Part shown: positions 48,160 through 60,422 of the stretch, piece after piece
Position numbering within the stretch: the first letter of the stretch is position 1
How the letters are laid out: each line of letters begins with the position of its first letter
Source: a bacterium
GTDB lineage: Bacteria; Eisenbacteria; RBG-16-71-46
Direction of reading: 5' to 3'
NCBI GenBank assembly: GCA_031408715.1
Contig: JANNWR010000124.1
Location: 8,021-72,020 of the forward strand
Length of the DNA: 64,000 nucleotides
Notes under the pieces: generated by a model
Told to the model about the DNA's origin: nothing
What the model saw: the letters and a program-made list of their open reading frames with translations, nothing else
The model's database searches: none
Made by a program: the position numbers and the translations under genes

Positions 48160-49202
48160 CGCATGCTCTCCTTGTGGTTCTCCTCGAGTTTCGCCACCCG
48201 CGACTCCAGCGCTTTGGTGCGGTCGAACAACAGGGGCAGGCGCTGCAGGTAAGCATTGATGCGTTTGACCAGGGTGAGCGGTGAAGCCGGGGTGCCGAAG
48301 ACAGCCGTGCCGGCGTTCACCGATTTCGTGACGCCGCTCTGGCCACCCACCTGGACTCCCTTCCCCAGCTTGACGTGGCCGATGACACCCGCCTGCCCGC
48401 CGATCGTGACGTAATCCTCGAGCTCGCTGCTGCCCGAGATCCCGACCTGGGCCACGATGATGCAGTGCTTGCCGACCACGACGTTGTGTCCGATCTGCAC
48501 GAGATTGTCGATCTTGGTGCCGTCGCCGATCCGCGTGCTGTCGGTGGTGGCGCGATCGATGGTCGTGTTGGCACCCACCTCGACGTCCTCGCCGAGGATG
48601 ACGTTCCCGACCTGCGGCACCTTGTGATAGCGGCCGGCATCGAAGGCGAACCCAAAGCCATCCGCGCCGATGACCGCACCCGAATGCAGGATGCAGCGGT
48701 CGCCGATCACGCACTCCTCGCGCACGGTGACGCGCGGGTACAGCAGGCAGCCCTCGCCGATCGTCGCCTGGACGCCGACGTAGCAACCCGGCATGAGCAC
48801 GGTCTTCGCCCCGATGCGAGCACCCGGCTCCACGGTGCAGTGTGGTCCGATCGAGGCGCCGTCGCCGATATGCGCGGCCGCCGAGACGACCGCGGTCGGG
48901 TGCACGCCCGGGAGCGGCTGGTAGAGTTCCGGCCGGAACAACCGCACGGCCTTCTGGAACGCCAGGTACGGGTGATCGACTTGCAGCATCGGAACCACAG
49001 CCTGGCGCGGCGCGCGGTCGACGATGACCGCCGCCGCACGGGTCTCTTGCAGATAGCCCTCGTAGCGCGAGTTGGCGAGGAACGTCAGGTCCCCGGGCTG
49101 GGCTTCCCGGATGCCCGCCACCCCGCGGATCTCGATCGAGCTGTCCCCCACGACCGTGCCGCCCAGCTCGACCGCGAGCTCGGCCAGCGTGCGAGTACTC
49201 AT
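48156..49202 (-). CDS. lpxD: UDP-3-O-acylglucosamine N-acyltransferase
   Basis: MSTRTLAELAVELGGTVVGDSSIEIRGVAGIREAQPGDLTFLANSRY, followed by hexapeptide repeats. The ATG at 49202 is preceded by GGGAGGA. Confidence 0.9.
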   Translation of the reverse strand: MSTRTLAELAVELGGTVVGDSSIEIRGVAGIREAQPGDLTFLANSRYEGYLQETRAAAVIVDRAPRQAVVPMLQVDHPYLAFQKAVRLFRPELYQPLPGVHPTAVVSAAAHIGDGASIGPHCTVEPGARIGAKTVLMPGCYVGVQATIGEGCLLYPRVTVREECVIGDRCILHSGAVIGADGFGFAFDAGRYHKVPQVGNVILGEDVEVGANTTIDRATTDSTRIGDGTKIDNLVQIGHNVVVGKHCIIVAQVGISGSSELEDYVTIGGQAGVIGHVKLGKGVQVGGQSGVTKSVNAGTAVFGTPASPLTLVKRINAYLQRLPLLFDRTKALESRVAKLEENHKESMR

Positions 49203-49216
49203 GCCGTCCTCCCTGA

Positions 49217-49798
49217 CTAGCGCGCGCCGGCGGCGGCGTTCGCGTTGAGCTCGGCCAGGACCTCGTTCGTCAGGTCCAGGCTCTTGTCCGCGTAGATGAT
49301 GAAGCCACCGCTGGCATCGAGCACGAGTTCGAGCCCACGCTGACCGGCGAGCTTCTCGACCGCGCGGCGTACGAGCTGGATGATGTCCTCGGTCGCACGC
49401 GAGTTCTCCTGCGTGGCGCGACCGTTCGGGCCCCAGATCTCCTGCACGAACGACTCGTACTCGCTGATCGAGCGTGTCAGCGCCGACTCCTTCTCCTGGC
49501 GTTTGAGCGCGGACAGGACGGGGCTCTGATCCTTGGCTTCGCTCTTCAGCTGGTCGACGATCTTCTGCTTCTCGGCCGCTTCGTCGCGCCAGCCCTGGAC
49601 CTGACGTTCGAAGCGCTGCTGCGCCTCCTGGGCGTCCTTGAACTCGAGCCAGATGCGCGCGGAGTCGATGTAGCCGACGCGCGCGTCCGCCGCTCGCGCC
49701 GGTGCTGCGGACGACAGTGCCAGCCCGAGAGCCAGCATGCACGCCACGGCGGCGCGGACCCCTCCGGCGACATGAACGTTGCGGAGCACTCGGCGCAT
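49217..49798 (-). CDS. skp: OmpH/Skp-family periplasmic chaperone
   Basis: Signal peptide AVACMLALGLALSSAAPARA, then the coiled-coil-rich region VGYIDSARIWLEFKDAQEAQQRFERQVQGW. The ATG at 49798 is preceded by GAGGAGG. Confidence 0.8.
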   Translation of the reverse strand: MRRVLRNVHVAGGVRAAVACMLALGLALSSAAPARAADARVGYIDSARIWLEFKDAQEAQQRFERQVQGWRDEAAEKQKIVDQLKSEAKDQSPVLSALKRQEKESALTRSISEYESFVQEIWGPNGRATQENSRATEDIIQLVRRAVEKLAGQRGLELVLDASGGFIIYADKSLDLTNEVLAELNANAAAGAR

Positions 49799-49812
49799 CG
49801 CGGCCTCCTCGC

Positions 49813-52323
49813 CTAGAAGTTCACGTTTCCGAGCATGAAATGCCCGACCCATCGCGGCCTGTCGTCACGATGGAAACCATAGCCATAGTCGAACCCGATA
49901 TTGCCGAGCAACGGGATCTCCATCCGGAAACCGATGCCGGCGCCAACCTTGAGGTCGAACGGCTTGATTTCCTTTGGCAGGTCCCAACTGTTGCCGGCAT
50001 CCATGAAGAATAGCCCGTGCAGCGGATGAGCGATCGGGAACTGCTGCTCGAACGTGAATACCGCCATATAGCGGCCACCGGGGTAGCGCACACGGGACGT
50101 CGACGACAGTGTGGAGTCAGCGCCAGAGATGTTCTTGAGCGGATTGCCGAGGGAATCCCGGAACACGATCGTGTTGGTGACATCCCGGTTGAACTTGTCC
50201 GGCACCACATGGTAGTCATCGTACCCCCGCAGCGGATCGGGCGTGTTGCCACCACCCAGCCGGAAGCGGGCGTAGTCCGGCACGATGCCACCCTTCCACG
50301 GGAAGACGTTGACCGTTCCGAGGCGCAGTTTCACCAGCGTGGTGAGGTGTTTGTTCACCGACGGCAGGTAGACGCGGCCCTCGTAGCGGTGGCGGTGGTA
50401 GTGGAGCTCGCCCCCGAACGGACCGCCCGTGAACTCGTCGTTCGCGGATAGCCGCGTGCCCTTCTTGGGATAGAACGGGTTGTCGGTGCTGTTACGCAGG
50501 AAGTTCGTCTCGAAGGTGCTGGTGAGCTGCTCCTGGTCGATCTTGACGCCATTCAACTGCGACACCGTCCGCAGGTCCAGGTTCGAGAACTTGATGCCCT
50601 CGAACGTGTAGGACAGCGAACCGCGCGAATAGTCCGGCCACGGCAGCGGCCGTCCGATGCGGACGGAGGCCCCTCGACGGCGCTGATCGTATTCCACGAG
50701 GTTCCGGTACGTGTTGTAGGCCGAGAAACCCAGCAGCGTCGGCGAGTCATGGAACCACGGTTCGGTGAAGCTGAGCTGGTAGTCCTCGCGCCGCCCGCCG
50801 CGTTCGAGATGGAGCGACAGCTGCTGGCCATTGCCGAGCACGTTGTTATGGGACAGTTCGAGAAAGCCCGTGAGCCCGGCGTCGTTCGTGTAGCCCGCTC
50901 CGGCCGACGCAGTCCCGACCTGCTTCTCGGCGACCTTGAACACCAGATCGACATCGGTGCTCTCGGCCGGCGTGAAATCGGGGATCACCTCGGTGAAGAT
51001 GCCGAGGCGCATGACGTCGCCCTGACTGCGCACCAGTGCCGAGCGCCGGAACAGGTCGCCTTCGCGGATGTTGATCTCGCGCCGGATGACCTTCTCCCGC
51101 GTGCCCTTGTTGCCGGTGATGCTGATGCGGTGCACATGCGACGGCGCACCCTCGACCACGCTCACCGCCAGATCGACGATGGAGTCCTGGACGACGGTCT
51201 CCGCCGGCTCCAGGTTGAGGCCGTACAGATAGCCGCGCTCCATGTACTCGGAGTAGGCGCCCTGCATGGCTCGCTGTGTGCGCCCCTTGCTGTAGAGCGT
51301 GCCGCCCTTCTTGGGCCACTGGCGCTGCAGCACGTCCGTCGGCACCACCTGATTGCCCGACCAGGTCACGGCTCCCTGCTGATAGCGCCGTCCTTCTTCG
51401 ATCCGGACGCGTAGCGTCAGGTCACGCGGGAGTGGCCCAGGTTCGAGCTGGAAGTCCGTCACGCTCATGTCGCGGTAACCGTGGTCGTGATACCAATCCT
51501 CGAGCTTCTCGCGGTCCTCGGCGAAAGTCTCGTCCTTGATGTCGCCGCCGCCGAGGAAACCCTTGGCCTTAGTCTTCATGGCCTTACGCAGACGCTTCTC
51601 GGGCACGCCGGCCGAGCGGCCCTCGAACACGATGGCGCGAACGCGCACCTTCTCGCCCTCGTCCACGACGAAGCGCAGGTGCACCTCGTTGCGGCCCTCG
51701 AGCGTGTCGGCCTTGGTCGAGATCCTGGCGCGCGAGAAGCCCTCGTCGCGGTAGTACTGCTTCAACGTGTCCACCTGATTCGCCGTCGCGGTCAGCGAAT
51801 AAGTCTCGCCGACTTTCAGGTACAGCTTCTTCTCGAGGTCGGAGTCCTCGCGCTTCACCATGCCCTGGAACGAGATCTGCGCGATCCGCGGGCGTTCCAC
51901 GACTTCGACGACGAGGTCGATCGAGTTGTCCTCGGGGTGCACCACCTGACGAGGTTTCACATCGGCGAACAGCTGCAGCGCCATGAGCTTGCGCACACCT
52001 CGGCGGACGGCGTCACCCGAGAACGTCTGCCCCGCGCGCACCTCGAACGTGCGCAGGATGCGGGTCGAGTCCGTGAAGGCATTGCCCACGACGGTGACGC
52101 TGCGGATGGTCGCGGGCGCGGTGTTCGCCACCGGTGGCGGCACCGGTGGCGCCGTGGTCGCCTCGGTTGGCGGGAACTGTGCTGCGGCCGGAGCCGGGAT
52201 CAGCGTCAGCAGGCTCAGCATCAGGAGCGCGGCCCGGAGCCCAGCGGCCGGGTACCCGAAGGACCACGGCCGGACCGGCGGACACTGCTCAGATCGTTCG
52301 ATGCATGAAACGGATCGGGGCAC
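49813..52323 (-). CDS. bamA: Outer membrane protein assembly factor BamA
   Basis: POTRA repeats (IRSVTVVGNAFTDSTRILRTFEVRAGQTF...) and a C-terminal Omp85 beta-barrel ending GFHRDDRPRWVGHFMLGNVNF. The start is uncertain. I chose the GTG at 52323, which is preceded by GGAGGAG. The ATG at 52221 and the longest ORF start at 52575 are alternatives. Confidence 0.85.
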   Translation of the reverse strand: MPRSVSCIERSEQCPPVRPWSFGYPAAGLRAALLMLSLLTLIPAPAAAQFPPTEATTAPPVPPPVANTAPATIRSVTVVGNAFTDSTRILRTFEVRAGQTFSGDAVRRGVRKLMALQLFADVKPRQVVHPEDNSIDLVVEVVERPRIAQISFQGMVKREDSDLEKKLYLKVGETYSLTATANQVDTLKQYYRDEGFSRARISTKADTLEGRNEVHLRFVVDEGEKVRVRAIVFEGRSAGVPEKRLRKAMKTKAKGFLGGGDIKDETFAEDREKLEDWYHDHGYRDMSVTDFQLEPGPLPRDLTLRVRIEEGRRYQQGAVTWSGNQVVPTDVLQRQWPKKGGTLYSKGRTQRAMQGAYSEYMERGYLYGLNLEPAETVVQDSIVDLAVSVVEGAPSHVHRISITGNKGTREKVIRREINIREGDLFRRSALVRSQGDVMRLGIFTEVIPDFTPAESTDVDLVFKVAEKQVGTASAGAGYTNDAGLTGFLELSHNNVLGNGQQLSLHLERGGRREDYQLSFTEPWFHDSPTLLGFSAYNTYRNLVEYDQRRRGASVRIGRPLPWPDYSRGSLSYTFEGIKFSNLDLRTVSQLNGVKIDQEQLTSTFETNFLRNSTDNPFYPKKGTRLSANDEFTGGPFGGELHYHRHRYEGRVYLPSVNKHLTTLVKLRLGTVNVFPWKGGIVPDYARFRLGGGNTPDPLRGYDDYHVVPDKFNRDVTNTIVFRDSLGNPLKNISGADSTLSSTSRVRYPGGRYMAVFTFEQQFPIAHPLHGLFFMDAGNSWDLPKEIKPFDLKVGAGIGFRMEIPLLGNIGFDYGYGFHRDDRPRWVGHFMLGNVNF

Positions 52324-52593
52324 TCGAAGCTCTCCTCCTGGGCCACACACGATATGCACGAGCAGAACCACTCCCGCGGAACGCGTCCATGCGCGCGCGA
52401 GCGAGCTCGGCGTGGCCATCCTATCGGGGAGTCGGCACAGGATGATGGACAAGCGGCGACGCCTTGTCCAGCGCGCAACCGCCTCGCAAGGTATGCCCCC
52501 ATACCCCGTTGCGGCGTCCTGTGTTCCGCGTTCCCATGTGGCGGAGCCGCGCGCCATGCGGGTAGGGGCACACACCCTCCCGTAAGATCAAGA

Positions 52594-52623
52594 ACCGCCG
52601 GGCCCTGTTCGGGGCCCGGCGGT
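52594..52623 (-). terminator. Intrinsic terminator-like hairpin after clpC
   Basis: Perfect 12-bp stem ACCGCCGGGCCC / GGGCCCGGCGGT with a 6-nt loop. On the minus strand it is followed by TCTTGATCTT. It begins 37 nt after the clpC stop. Confidence 0.6.
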
Positions 52624-52659
52624 CTGTCACGGCTTCGTGGAATCTGCGCTTCCCGCCTC

Positions 52660-55128
<2,469 letters not shown>

Positions 55129-55173
55129 GGTGATCTTGGCCCGCCTGCCGTCCGGCAGCCAGGCACTCCTCCT

Positions 55174-56265
55174 TTATGGGTTGGTGTCCCGGGCCTCATG
55201 CTCGGCGGCGGCGAGCCGCTCGCGCACGACCTGGGCTCTTCGGATATTCCGTTCGGGCGGCGCCATCTCGACGCCGGCCTGGCGCTGGAGATGAGCCGGT
55301 TGCGTCAGCACCAGCAACTCGTTGACGACACGCAGCGGACACAATCCCTGCAGGCCCATCGCCACACCGAGCCGTACGGCCGAGCACAGGTTGATGACTT
55401 CCTTGGCCTGGATCGACCGGCAATAGCGCAGCGTGCCGTAGGCGCGCCAGACCTTGTCTTCCAACTGGGTGCGGGCGTCGCGCAGCATGCGTTCGCGCGC
55501 GCGCTCTTCCGTCTCGATGATCTGCTTGGTCACGCGTTCGAGACTCTCGATCGAGTCCCGTTCACCACGACCGAGCGTCGTCTGGTTCGAGATCTGGAAC
55601 AGGTTCCCCATGATCTCGCTGTGCTCACCGTAAAGGCCGCGAACATTCAAACCGACCTGCATGATGCTCTTCAAGACGCGCTGGATCTCCTCGAGCAGCA
55701 CGAGCGCGGGCAGGTGGATGAGCACGGAGGCACGCAGTCCCGTCCCGGCGTTCGTGGGGCACGCGGTCAGGTAGCCGATCTCGTCCGAGAAGGCGTATTC
55801 CAGCGTGTGGTCGAGTTCATCGTCGGTGGCATCGGCGAGCGCCCATGCTTCCGCCAACTGGAAGCCCGGCGTGAGCGACTGCAGCCGCAGATGGTCTTCT
55901 TCGTTGACCATGATGCTGATGCGGTCGTCGGGTGCGACGTAGATGCCGCGCGGACGTGCGCCATCCCCCAACTCATGGGAGACGAGGTGGCGCTCGACCA
56001 GGACCTGACGGTCGATCGCGGAGCACTCCTGCATCTTGAGGAACAGGCCGCCCTTCAAAGTGCCGGAGGAGCCCACGGCGTGCGTCACACTGGCGAGCAC
56101 GCCATGGAGCTGCTCGTCGCGCGCGCGGTGAGTGAACGGCACGTCGCGCAGGTTGCGCGCCAGCCGGATCCGCGTCGACAACACCATGTCGGCGTGCGGG
56201 CCCTCGCCCTTCCACCACGGCGCGCTGGCGTTGAACAGTTCGTCGAACGACTGGGGCGCACTCAC
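55174..56265 (-). CDS. mcsB: Protein arginine kinase (ATP:guanido phosphotransferase) McsB
   Basis: VLSTRIRLARNLRDVPF, NEEDHLRLQS and CPTNAGTGLRASVLIHLPAL are phosphagen-kinase-fold McsB motifs. Confidence 0.9.
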   Translation of the reverse strand: MSAPQSFDELFNASAPWWKGEGPHADMVLSTRIRLARNLRDVPFTHRARDEQLHGVLASVTHAVGSSGTLKGGLFLKMQECSAIDRQVLVERHLVSHELGDGARPRGIYVAPDDRISIMVNEEDHLRLQSLTPGFQLAEAWALADATDDELDHTLEYAFSDEIGYLTACPTNAGTGLRASVLIHLPALVLLEEIQRVLKSIMQVGLNVRGLYGEHSEIMGNLFQISNQTTLGRGERDSIESLERVTKQIIETEERARERMLRDARTQLEDKVWRAYGTLRYCRSIQAKEVINLCSAVRLGVAMGLQGLCPLRVVNELLVLTQPAHLQRQAGVEMAPPERNIRRAQVVRERLAAAEHEARDTNP

Positions 56266-56792
56266 AACGGGCCCCCTTCACGCACGGTCGCCTGGCGTTC
56301 CGCCTCGAGCCGGCGGATCTCGTCGCGCACCTGGGCGGCGCGCTCGAACTCCTCGCGCTCGACGGCCCGCTGCAGCTCGTCGTGCAGGCGCTGGATCGCT
56401 CGTGTGCTCGGCACGGTCTCCTGTCCGCGCGTGGGCGCTTTGCCGCGGTGGTGGGTGTCGCCGTGGATGCGGCGCAGGAGCGGGCGCAACTGGAACTGGA
56501 ACGCGGTGTAGCAGTCGGCGCAGCCCAGACGTCCGGTCTCCTTGAACGACGAGTACAGCATGCCGCAACGCGGGCACTGCACGTGCCCGACACGCTCTTC
56601 TTCCGTGTGCGTCATCGAATCGACCATGCCCGCGAGCAGGTCGGCGATCTCGAACTTGTGCTGCTGAGCGGGCGTGTGCATGCCCTTCTCCTCGGCACAC
56701 CGTTCGCACACGTGGATCTCCGACATCTTGTTGTCGTGGATCTCGGTGAAGTGCACGCTGGCGGGGTTCTTCCCGCAGATCTGGCAGAGCAT
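56262..56792 (-). CDS. mcsA: McsA-like activator (zinc-finger plus UvrB/UvrC-motif protein)
   Basis: MLCQICGKNPASVHFTEI...HVCERCA, then CPRCG...LGCADCY, and the C-terminal UVR motif EREEFERAAQVRDEIRRLE. It overlaps the mcsB start by 4 nt. Confidence 0.85.
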   Translation of the reverse strand: MLCQICGKNPASVHFTEIHDNKMSEIHVCERCAEEKGMHTPAQQHKFEIADLLAGMVDSMTHTEEERVGHVQCPRCGMLYSSFKETGRLGCADCYTAFQFQLRPLLRRIHGDTHHRGKAPTRGQETVPSTRAIQRLHDELQRAVEREEFERAAQVRDEIRRLEAERQATVREGGPL

Positions 56793-56800
56793 GGGGCCCT

Positions 56801-57538
56801 CTAGCTCGTCGCGACCGGGTTCAGGCGTCCGTCCTCGAGCCGCAGGACGCGGTCCGCCATGCCGGCGAGCCTAGCATCATGAGTCACCAACACAACCGTC
56901 TGATGCCGGTCGCGGGCCAGCGAGTTCAGGAGACTGTGAAGTTGCGCCGCGGATGCCAAGTCGAGGTTGCCCGATGGCTCATCCGCGAGCAACAGGGCGG
57001 GCTCGGGCGCCAGGGCGCGGCCGACCGCGACGCGCTGCGCTTCGCCACCCGAAAGCTGGGACGGGACGTGATCGCGACGCGCGTCGAGCCCGACCGCGGA
57101 CAGCACCTCGCGGGCACGCTTGCGCGCGTCCTCGAACGGCGTCCCGGCGACGAGCAGCGGCATCATGATGTTCTCCTCGGCAGTGAACTCCGGCAGCAGG
57201 TGGTGGAACTGGAACACGAATCCCAGCTTCGCCAGCCGCAGCGCACATCGACCGTTCTCATCCAGCCCCGCCACTGCCTGTCCGGCCAGCTCCAGCACGC
57301 CCGCATCCGGGCGGTCCAGCGTCCCGAGGACGTTCAGGAGCGTGCTCTTCCCCGAGCCCGACGCGCCGACTATCGCCAGAAGCATGCCACGCGGGACCTC
57401 GAGATCGACGCCACGCAGGACCTCGAGACGCCCCCCCGGAGTCTCATAGGACTTCGTCAGCCCGCGCGCCATAAGCGCCAGCGGAGCACTCGCATCTGTC
57501 GTACTGGCAGTGGTTTCGGCGGCGAAGTTCGAGTTCAT
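56801..57538 (-). CDS. lolD: Lipoprotein-releasing ABC transporter ATP-binding protein LolD-like
   Basis: [27 protein letters not shown] and [11 protein letters not shown]. The ATG at 57538 lies 2 nt after the permease stop. Confidence 0.8.
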   Translation of the reverse strand: MNSNFAAETTASTTDASAPLALMARGLTKSYETPGGRLEVLRGVDLEVPRGMLLAIVGASGSGKSTLLNVLGTLDRPDAGVLELAGQAVAGLDENGRCALRLAKLGFVFQFHHLLPEFTAEENIMMPLLVAGTPFEDARKRAREVLSAVGLDARRDHVPSQLSGGEAQRVAVGRALAPEPALLLADEPSGNLDLASAAQLHSLLNSLARDRHQTVVLVTHDARLAGMADRVLRLEDGRLNPVATS

Positions 57539-57540
57539 AC

Positions 57541-58779
57541 TCAGACCTGCTGCCGGATGGCTTCGATCGGGTCGAGCTTGGAAGCGCGCCAGGCGGGATA
57601 CCAGGCAGCGGCCAGACACAGTACCAAGGCGGCCAGAATCACGGCAGCGAAGTCGCCGGTCTCCGGGCGAAGCGGCAGCGTCTCGATGAAGTAGACGTCC
57701 CCCGGTAGGTGAACGAATGGGTACTTCTGGAGCAGCCAGATCAGCGCGGAGCCGAGCAGCGCCCCTGTCGCCGTTCCGAACACGCCGATCAGCAGCCCCT
57801 CACCCAGGAAGATGGTGAGCACCAGGCGTGGTGTCGCCCCCATGGTGCGCAGCACACCGATGTCGCGGCGTTTCTCGAGCACCACCATGAACAGCGTGCT
57901 GACGATATTGAACGCCGCCACGAGCACGATGAGCGCCAGGATCAGGAACATCACCGTCTTCTCGAGTTTCATCCAGGTGAACAGATTTCGATTCAGGTCG
58001 ATCCAGTTGTTGGAGCGCAGGTCGCTGCGTCCGGCAGCACGCCGAAGCCGCTCGGCCTCGACCGGAGCCGCCATCATGTCGCTCAGCTTGATCTCGACTC
58101 CAGTGACACGGTCGCCGAGCGCGAAGAAGCGCTGCGATGCCCCCACCGAGGTGAACCCGAAGCTCGAGTCATACGTGTACAGCCCGGAAGTGAACAACCC
58201 CACCACGCGGAACGGCCGCAACTTGGGCGCATAGCCGAACGCCGAAGCGGCGTCCCCTTGGAGCGTGGCCAGCAGCACGCGATCCCCGGGGCGCGCGGCG
58301 AGCTTGGCCGCCAGCTCGGAGCCGAGCACGATGCCGGGTTCGCCCGACAACGTCACGTTCGGGATCGAGTCGAGCCGCGGACTGATCGTGCTGCCGAGCG
58401 TGGTCACTTCGCGTTCGTGCACCAGATCCACGCCCTTGACCACGACGCCCTCGGACAACCCTTCATGGAACACCATCGCCTTGGCGTATGTGAACGCCGA
58501 TGCCCCGAGCACGCCCTTCTCCTGCGCCAGTTGCCGCGCCAGGCCCTCACCATCGGTGACGCCGTCGGTCGTGGCCCCGAGCAACACGACATGCGCGTCG
58601 GTGCCGGCGATGCGGGACTGCACCTCGCCCTCGAAGCCGTTCATGACCGCCAGCACGACGAGCAACGCGGTGACCCCCACCGCCACGCCGGCGATGCTGA
58701 TGCCGGTGAGCAGGCGCACGAATCCGGTGCGGGGCCGAGCCTTGAGGTAGCGGCCGGCGATCCACAGCGGCAGGTTCAC
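57541..58779 (-). CDS. lolE: Lipoprotein-releasing system transmembrane permease (LolC/LolE family)
   Basis: MNLPLWIAGRYLKARPRTGFVRLLTGISIAGVAVGV is the typical LolC/E N-terminus. The C-terminal FtsX domain includes EKRRDIGVLRTMGATPR. Confidence 0.85.
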   Translation of the reverse strand: MNLPLWIAGRYLKARPRTGFVRLLTGISIAGVAVGVTALLVVLAVMNGFEGEVQSRIAGTDAHVVLLGATTDGVTDGEGLARQLAQEKGVLGASAFTYAKAMVFHEGLSEGVVVKGVDLVHEREVTTLGSTISPRLDSIPNVTLSGEPGIVLGSELAAKLAARPGDRVLLATLQGDAASAFGYAPKLRPFRVVGLFTSGLYTYDSSFGFTSVGASQRFFALGDRVTGVEIKLSDMMAAPVEAERLRRAAGRSDLRSNNWIDLNRNLFTWMKLEKTVMFLILALIVLVAAFNIVSTLFMVVLEKRRDIGVLRTMGATPRLVLTIFLGEGLLIGVFGTATGALLGSALIWLLQKYPFVHLPGDVYFIETLPLRPETGDFAAVILAALVLCLAAAWYPAWRASKLDPIEAIRQQV

Positions 58780-60302
58780 TTCGGGCCCGCGCCCTCTGGA
58801 CTCACGGCCACGTCCTCGGGCTTGTCGTCCTCGACCGGCCGGCCCTCCTCGGGCCGCAGTTGCGGGAACAGCAGCACGTCGCGGATCGAGCGCGAGTCGG
58901 TGGCCAGCATCACCAGCCGGTCGATGCCGATGCCGACGCCGCCGGTGGGCGGCATGCCGTATTCCAGCGCCCGCAAGTAGTCCTCATCGAGTTGCTGGGC
59001 CTCGTCATCGCCCCGTTCGCGCGCCGAGCCCTGGGCTTCGAACGCCGCACGCTGCGCATCGGCGTCGCACTGCTCGCTGAACGAGTTCGCGAGTTCCATC
59101 CCGGCGGCGAACAACTCGAAGCGCTCGACCACCTTGGGGTTGGTGCGCGAGACACGCGCCAGTGGCGAGACCGCGACGGGGTAGTCGATCACGAACGCCG
59201 GGTTCTGCAGATCCGGCTGCACCAGTTCCGAGAACAACTCGTCGAGCATGCCGCCCGCGCCAGTTCCCTGTCGCGGGTGCAGGTTCAGTCGCGAGATGTG
59301 CCTGCCGAGCACCGCCTCATCGAGCGCATGGATGCTCTCACCGACCTTTTCACTGACCGCGTCGAGCATCGAGACGCGCGGCCACGGCGGTGTGAAGTCC
59401 AGGACACGGTCGCCGTACGGGATGTGGAGCGTGCCGCAGGCATGCTGCAGCGCGTCACACACCAGCTGCTCGGTGAGCGTCATCATGTCGTGCACGTCGG
59501 CGAACGCCTGATAGTACTCGAGCAGCGTGAACTCGGGATTGTGCGAGCGGTCCATGCCCTCGTTGCGAAAGTCGCGCGAGAACTCATAGACGCGCTCGAG
59601 CCCGCCGACGATGAGGCGCTTCAGGTAGAGCTCGTTGGAGACACGCAGATACAGGTCGATGTCGAGTGCGTTGTGCTTCGTCACGAATGGCCGCGCGAAG
59701 GCACCGCCGTACATCGGTTGCAGCACCGGGGTCTCGACCTCGAGGTAGCGCCGGTCGTCCAGGAACCGCCGGATGCATGAGATGACCGCGGCACGGCGGC
59801 GGAACACGTCGCGCACGCCGAGGTTCACGAACAGGTCGGCGTAGCGCTGGCGGAACCGCGTCTCGGGGTCGGTGAGCCCGTGCCACTTCTCGGGCAGGGG
59901 CCGGATCGACTTGGACAGCAGTTCGACCTGTTCGGCACGGATCGTGATCTCGCCGGTGCGCGTCCGGAACAGCGCCCCCGAGACCCCGATCCAGTCACCG
60001 ATCTCGAGCAGTTCGTAGCGCGCGAACGCCTCGCCCATGACGTCGCTGCGGAAGTACACCTGGATCCGGCCGGAGCCATCGAGCACATGACCGAATCCGG
60101 CCTTGCCGTGCCCGCGGCGTGCCATGAGGCGGCCCGCGACCCTGACTTGTTCGCCAGGCTCCTCCGTGACGGCGTCACCCTTCGCGAGCAGCTCGGTCGC
60201 GTGATGGGTGACGTCGTACCGGTAGGCGTACGGCTCGCAGCCGAGTGAGCGCCAATCCTCGATCTTGGCCCGTCGCTGGGCCATCAGCTGTCGCAGGGAC
60301 AT
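58776..60302 (-). CDS. lysS: Lysine--tRNA ligase, class II
   Basis: OB-fold region VRVAGRLMARRGHGKAGFGHVLDGSGRIQVY. Class II motifs FRNEGMDRSHNPEFTLLE and GIGIDRLVMLAT. I chose the ATG at 60302 (MSLRQLMAQRRAKIED). Confidence 0.9.
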   Translation of the reverse strand: MSLRQLMAQRRAKIEDWRSLGCEPYAYRYDVTHHATELLAKGDAVTEEPGEQVRVAGRLMARRGHGKAGFGHVLDGSGRIQVYFRSDVMGEAFARYELLEIGDWIGVSGALFRTRTGEITIRAEQVELLSKSIRPLPEKWHGLTDPETRFRQRYADLFVNLGVRDVFRRRAAVISCIRRFLDDRRYLEVETPVLQPMYGGAFARPFVTKHNALDIDLYLRVSNELYLKRLIVGGLERVYEFSRDFRNEGMDRSHNPEFTLLEYYQAFADVHDMMTLTEQLVCDALQHACGTLHIPYGDRVLDFTPPWPRVSMLDAVSEKVGESIHALDEAVLGRHISRLNLHPRQGTGAGGMLDELFSELVQPDLQNPAFVIDYPVAVSPLARVSRTNPKVVERFELFAAGMELANSFSEQCDADAQRAAFEAQGSARERGDDEAQQLDEDYLRALEYGMPPTGGVGIGIDRLVMLATDSRSIRDVLLFPQLRPEEGRPVEDDKPEDVAVSPEGAGPK

Positions 60303-60353
60303 TCGCCTTCCCTTGGGGGGCCCCGAGCGCGTCCATCGCGAGGGGAATGAGCG

Positions 60354-60383
60354 AATGTAGGGAGCGCTTCGGACCACTGTCAA
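60354..60383 (-). promoter_or_regulatory. Sigma70-like promoter candidate (TTGACA-N18-TACATT) for the lysS-lolE-lolD-mcsA-mcsB-clpC operon
   Basis: On the minus strand, TTGACA lies at 60383-60378 and TACATT at 60359-60354, about 50 nt upstream of the lysS ATG. It follows the hairpin after purF. Motif match only. Confidence 0.45.
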
Positions 60384-60422
60384 ACTCGTGGACGTGCGTC
60401 CTCCCGCCGCATGCACGCGACT

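Noticed and set aside
56793-56800. CtsR operator or promoter expected in front of mcsA.
   Set aside because: Only 8 nt separate the lolD stop from the mcsA start. No GGTCAAA direct repeat is present there. A single GGTCAAA near 18531 is part of the yip1 -35 region and is not a tandem CtsR box.
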